Source: Utricularia gibba
Taxonomy: Eukaryota > Plantae > Magnoliophyta
Assembly: GCA_002189035.1 (NCBI GenBank)
Contig: NEEC01000017.1
Location: forward strand, 1,984,001-2,048,000
Direction of reading: 5' to 3'
DNA length: 64,000 nucleotides
The notes under the pieces are model-generated. The model was not told the origin of the DNA, ran no database searches, and saw nothing but the letters and a program-made list of their open reading frames with translations. The translations under genes were made by a program, and so were the position numbers. Below are positions 62,927 through 64,000 of the stretch, piece by piece. Position 1 is the first letter of the stretch. Each line of letters opens with the position of its first letter.

Positions 62927-64000
62927 TTATCTTCATCGTTTCGAGTTGCCTTTTCATCTTTCTTGATTCTTGGCGTCCATTTCTCGGGGCGTCTAGGGCC
63001 ACCGGAATGTCCAGCCCAAGACAACTCGACTGCCGCCCTGGCCGCGTCGGCTGCGTAAGCAGCTGACTCATACGCTTGCTGGGCTGCATCTGCCACGTCC
63101 GTGTAGTTTCTCCCCGTTCTCGAACTCTCTCCTTGTTCTCCCTGTAAATTGCCAAATTGGCATGGATTCTCTGTAAATACGGACGACTAATACATAATCT
63201 CAAGCTACTTGAACATTGGTTGCATACCAGTTCTGGGTGAGAAGAGGTGTGTATTCAAATGGGAGATCAATGTTTTCCTCATCAGCGATCTTCATCAACA
63301 TCCTTCTCTTGTTTTCCAAGCTGGGAGCCGCAGTTGAAAGCATCTGTACAATCTGAAAAAACAAGGGGAATTTCACAAACTACTACAAGTGGGCAGTGAC
63401 AAAACAGTCTTGAATGCAGTAGTGATGAGGTGATGGGGATTAAGTTTGGCTGACCCTGGGACTAACTCCGCAGTTATTGCGCAAGTCAACAGCTCTGGAA
63501 GCGAACTCCTTCCCATAACGAGAAGTGAAAATAGAGCGGATTTGAAGAAGTTCTGGGAAGTCGCCAATTCTCGCGGATGCAAAAATCAGAGTCGAAACAG
63601 CTTCATTCAGTTCATCAGGACAAGATCTGCGGACAAAGCAACTTTGTAAGGAAACACAACTCCATGAATCAACGGAAAAGCTAACAGACTTGGGAATCAT
63701 GATAAGAAAACTAACTTCTCTTGTTGTATAAGATTGACGCTTTCCGTCAACAAATTCAAGTAGCTATCCAACGCAGCTAGCGCATCCAAGCCATTCTGTA
63801 GCCTAATCACCTGCTCAACCTGAAACCACCGAGTTCATAAAAGCACAGTTGGTGAATGATCGATCAATCTATCAAACGAAGGGCCAGAGGAGCACAATAC
63901 CCGAATAAGAGCCCCATCGTGGAAACCCTTTTTGAGAAGATTCACGACGTCGGATCGAGCAACGGAGAGCTGCGCCTGGCGCATTTTTTTCAGCACCGCC
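62845..64000 (-). CDS. IST1-like protein, copy 2 (5' end beyond the window); 3' end replaced by non-homologous sequence, 1-nt deletion in exon 4; possibly a pseudogene
   Basis: Direct paralog of 58450-59714 at about 4.37 kb offset; homology to copy 1 ends at 62927. Confidence 0.8.

Overview
Eudicot plant nuclear DNA with an AT-rich intergenic background and about 17 protein-coding loci. Many are lipid or membrane-traffic genes (PI4K-gamma, ceramide synthase, AAPT, ALA flippase, GET3d, GDT1-like, two IST1-like copies), alongside TTM, CML, an SLH-domain gene, TCP, LBD, RAV/TEM and MAP1. Features the ORF track does not show: (1) a tandem pair of box C/D snoRNAs (12.8-13.0 kb) with a 15-16 nt guide against 25S rRNA; (2) a hAT-type non-autonomous element and two Tourist-like MITEs; (3) a decayed Ty1-copia element whose LTR-like end starts exactly where the second IST1-like copy loses homology, potentially supplying a new hydrophobic tail; (4) a 469-bp 100%-identical tract between otherwise diverged IST1-like paralogs; (5) short introns in two normally intronless gene types (CML15/16, RAV) and loss of the fourth EF-hand in the CML; (6) four single-base-deletion frameshifts at or near C/G runs (TCP, RAV, MAP1, IST1-like copy 2), possibly assembly errors. 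All exon structures and comparisons were made by eye. Family comparisons and rRNA context are from memory and need database confirmation.
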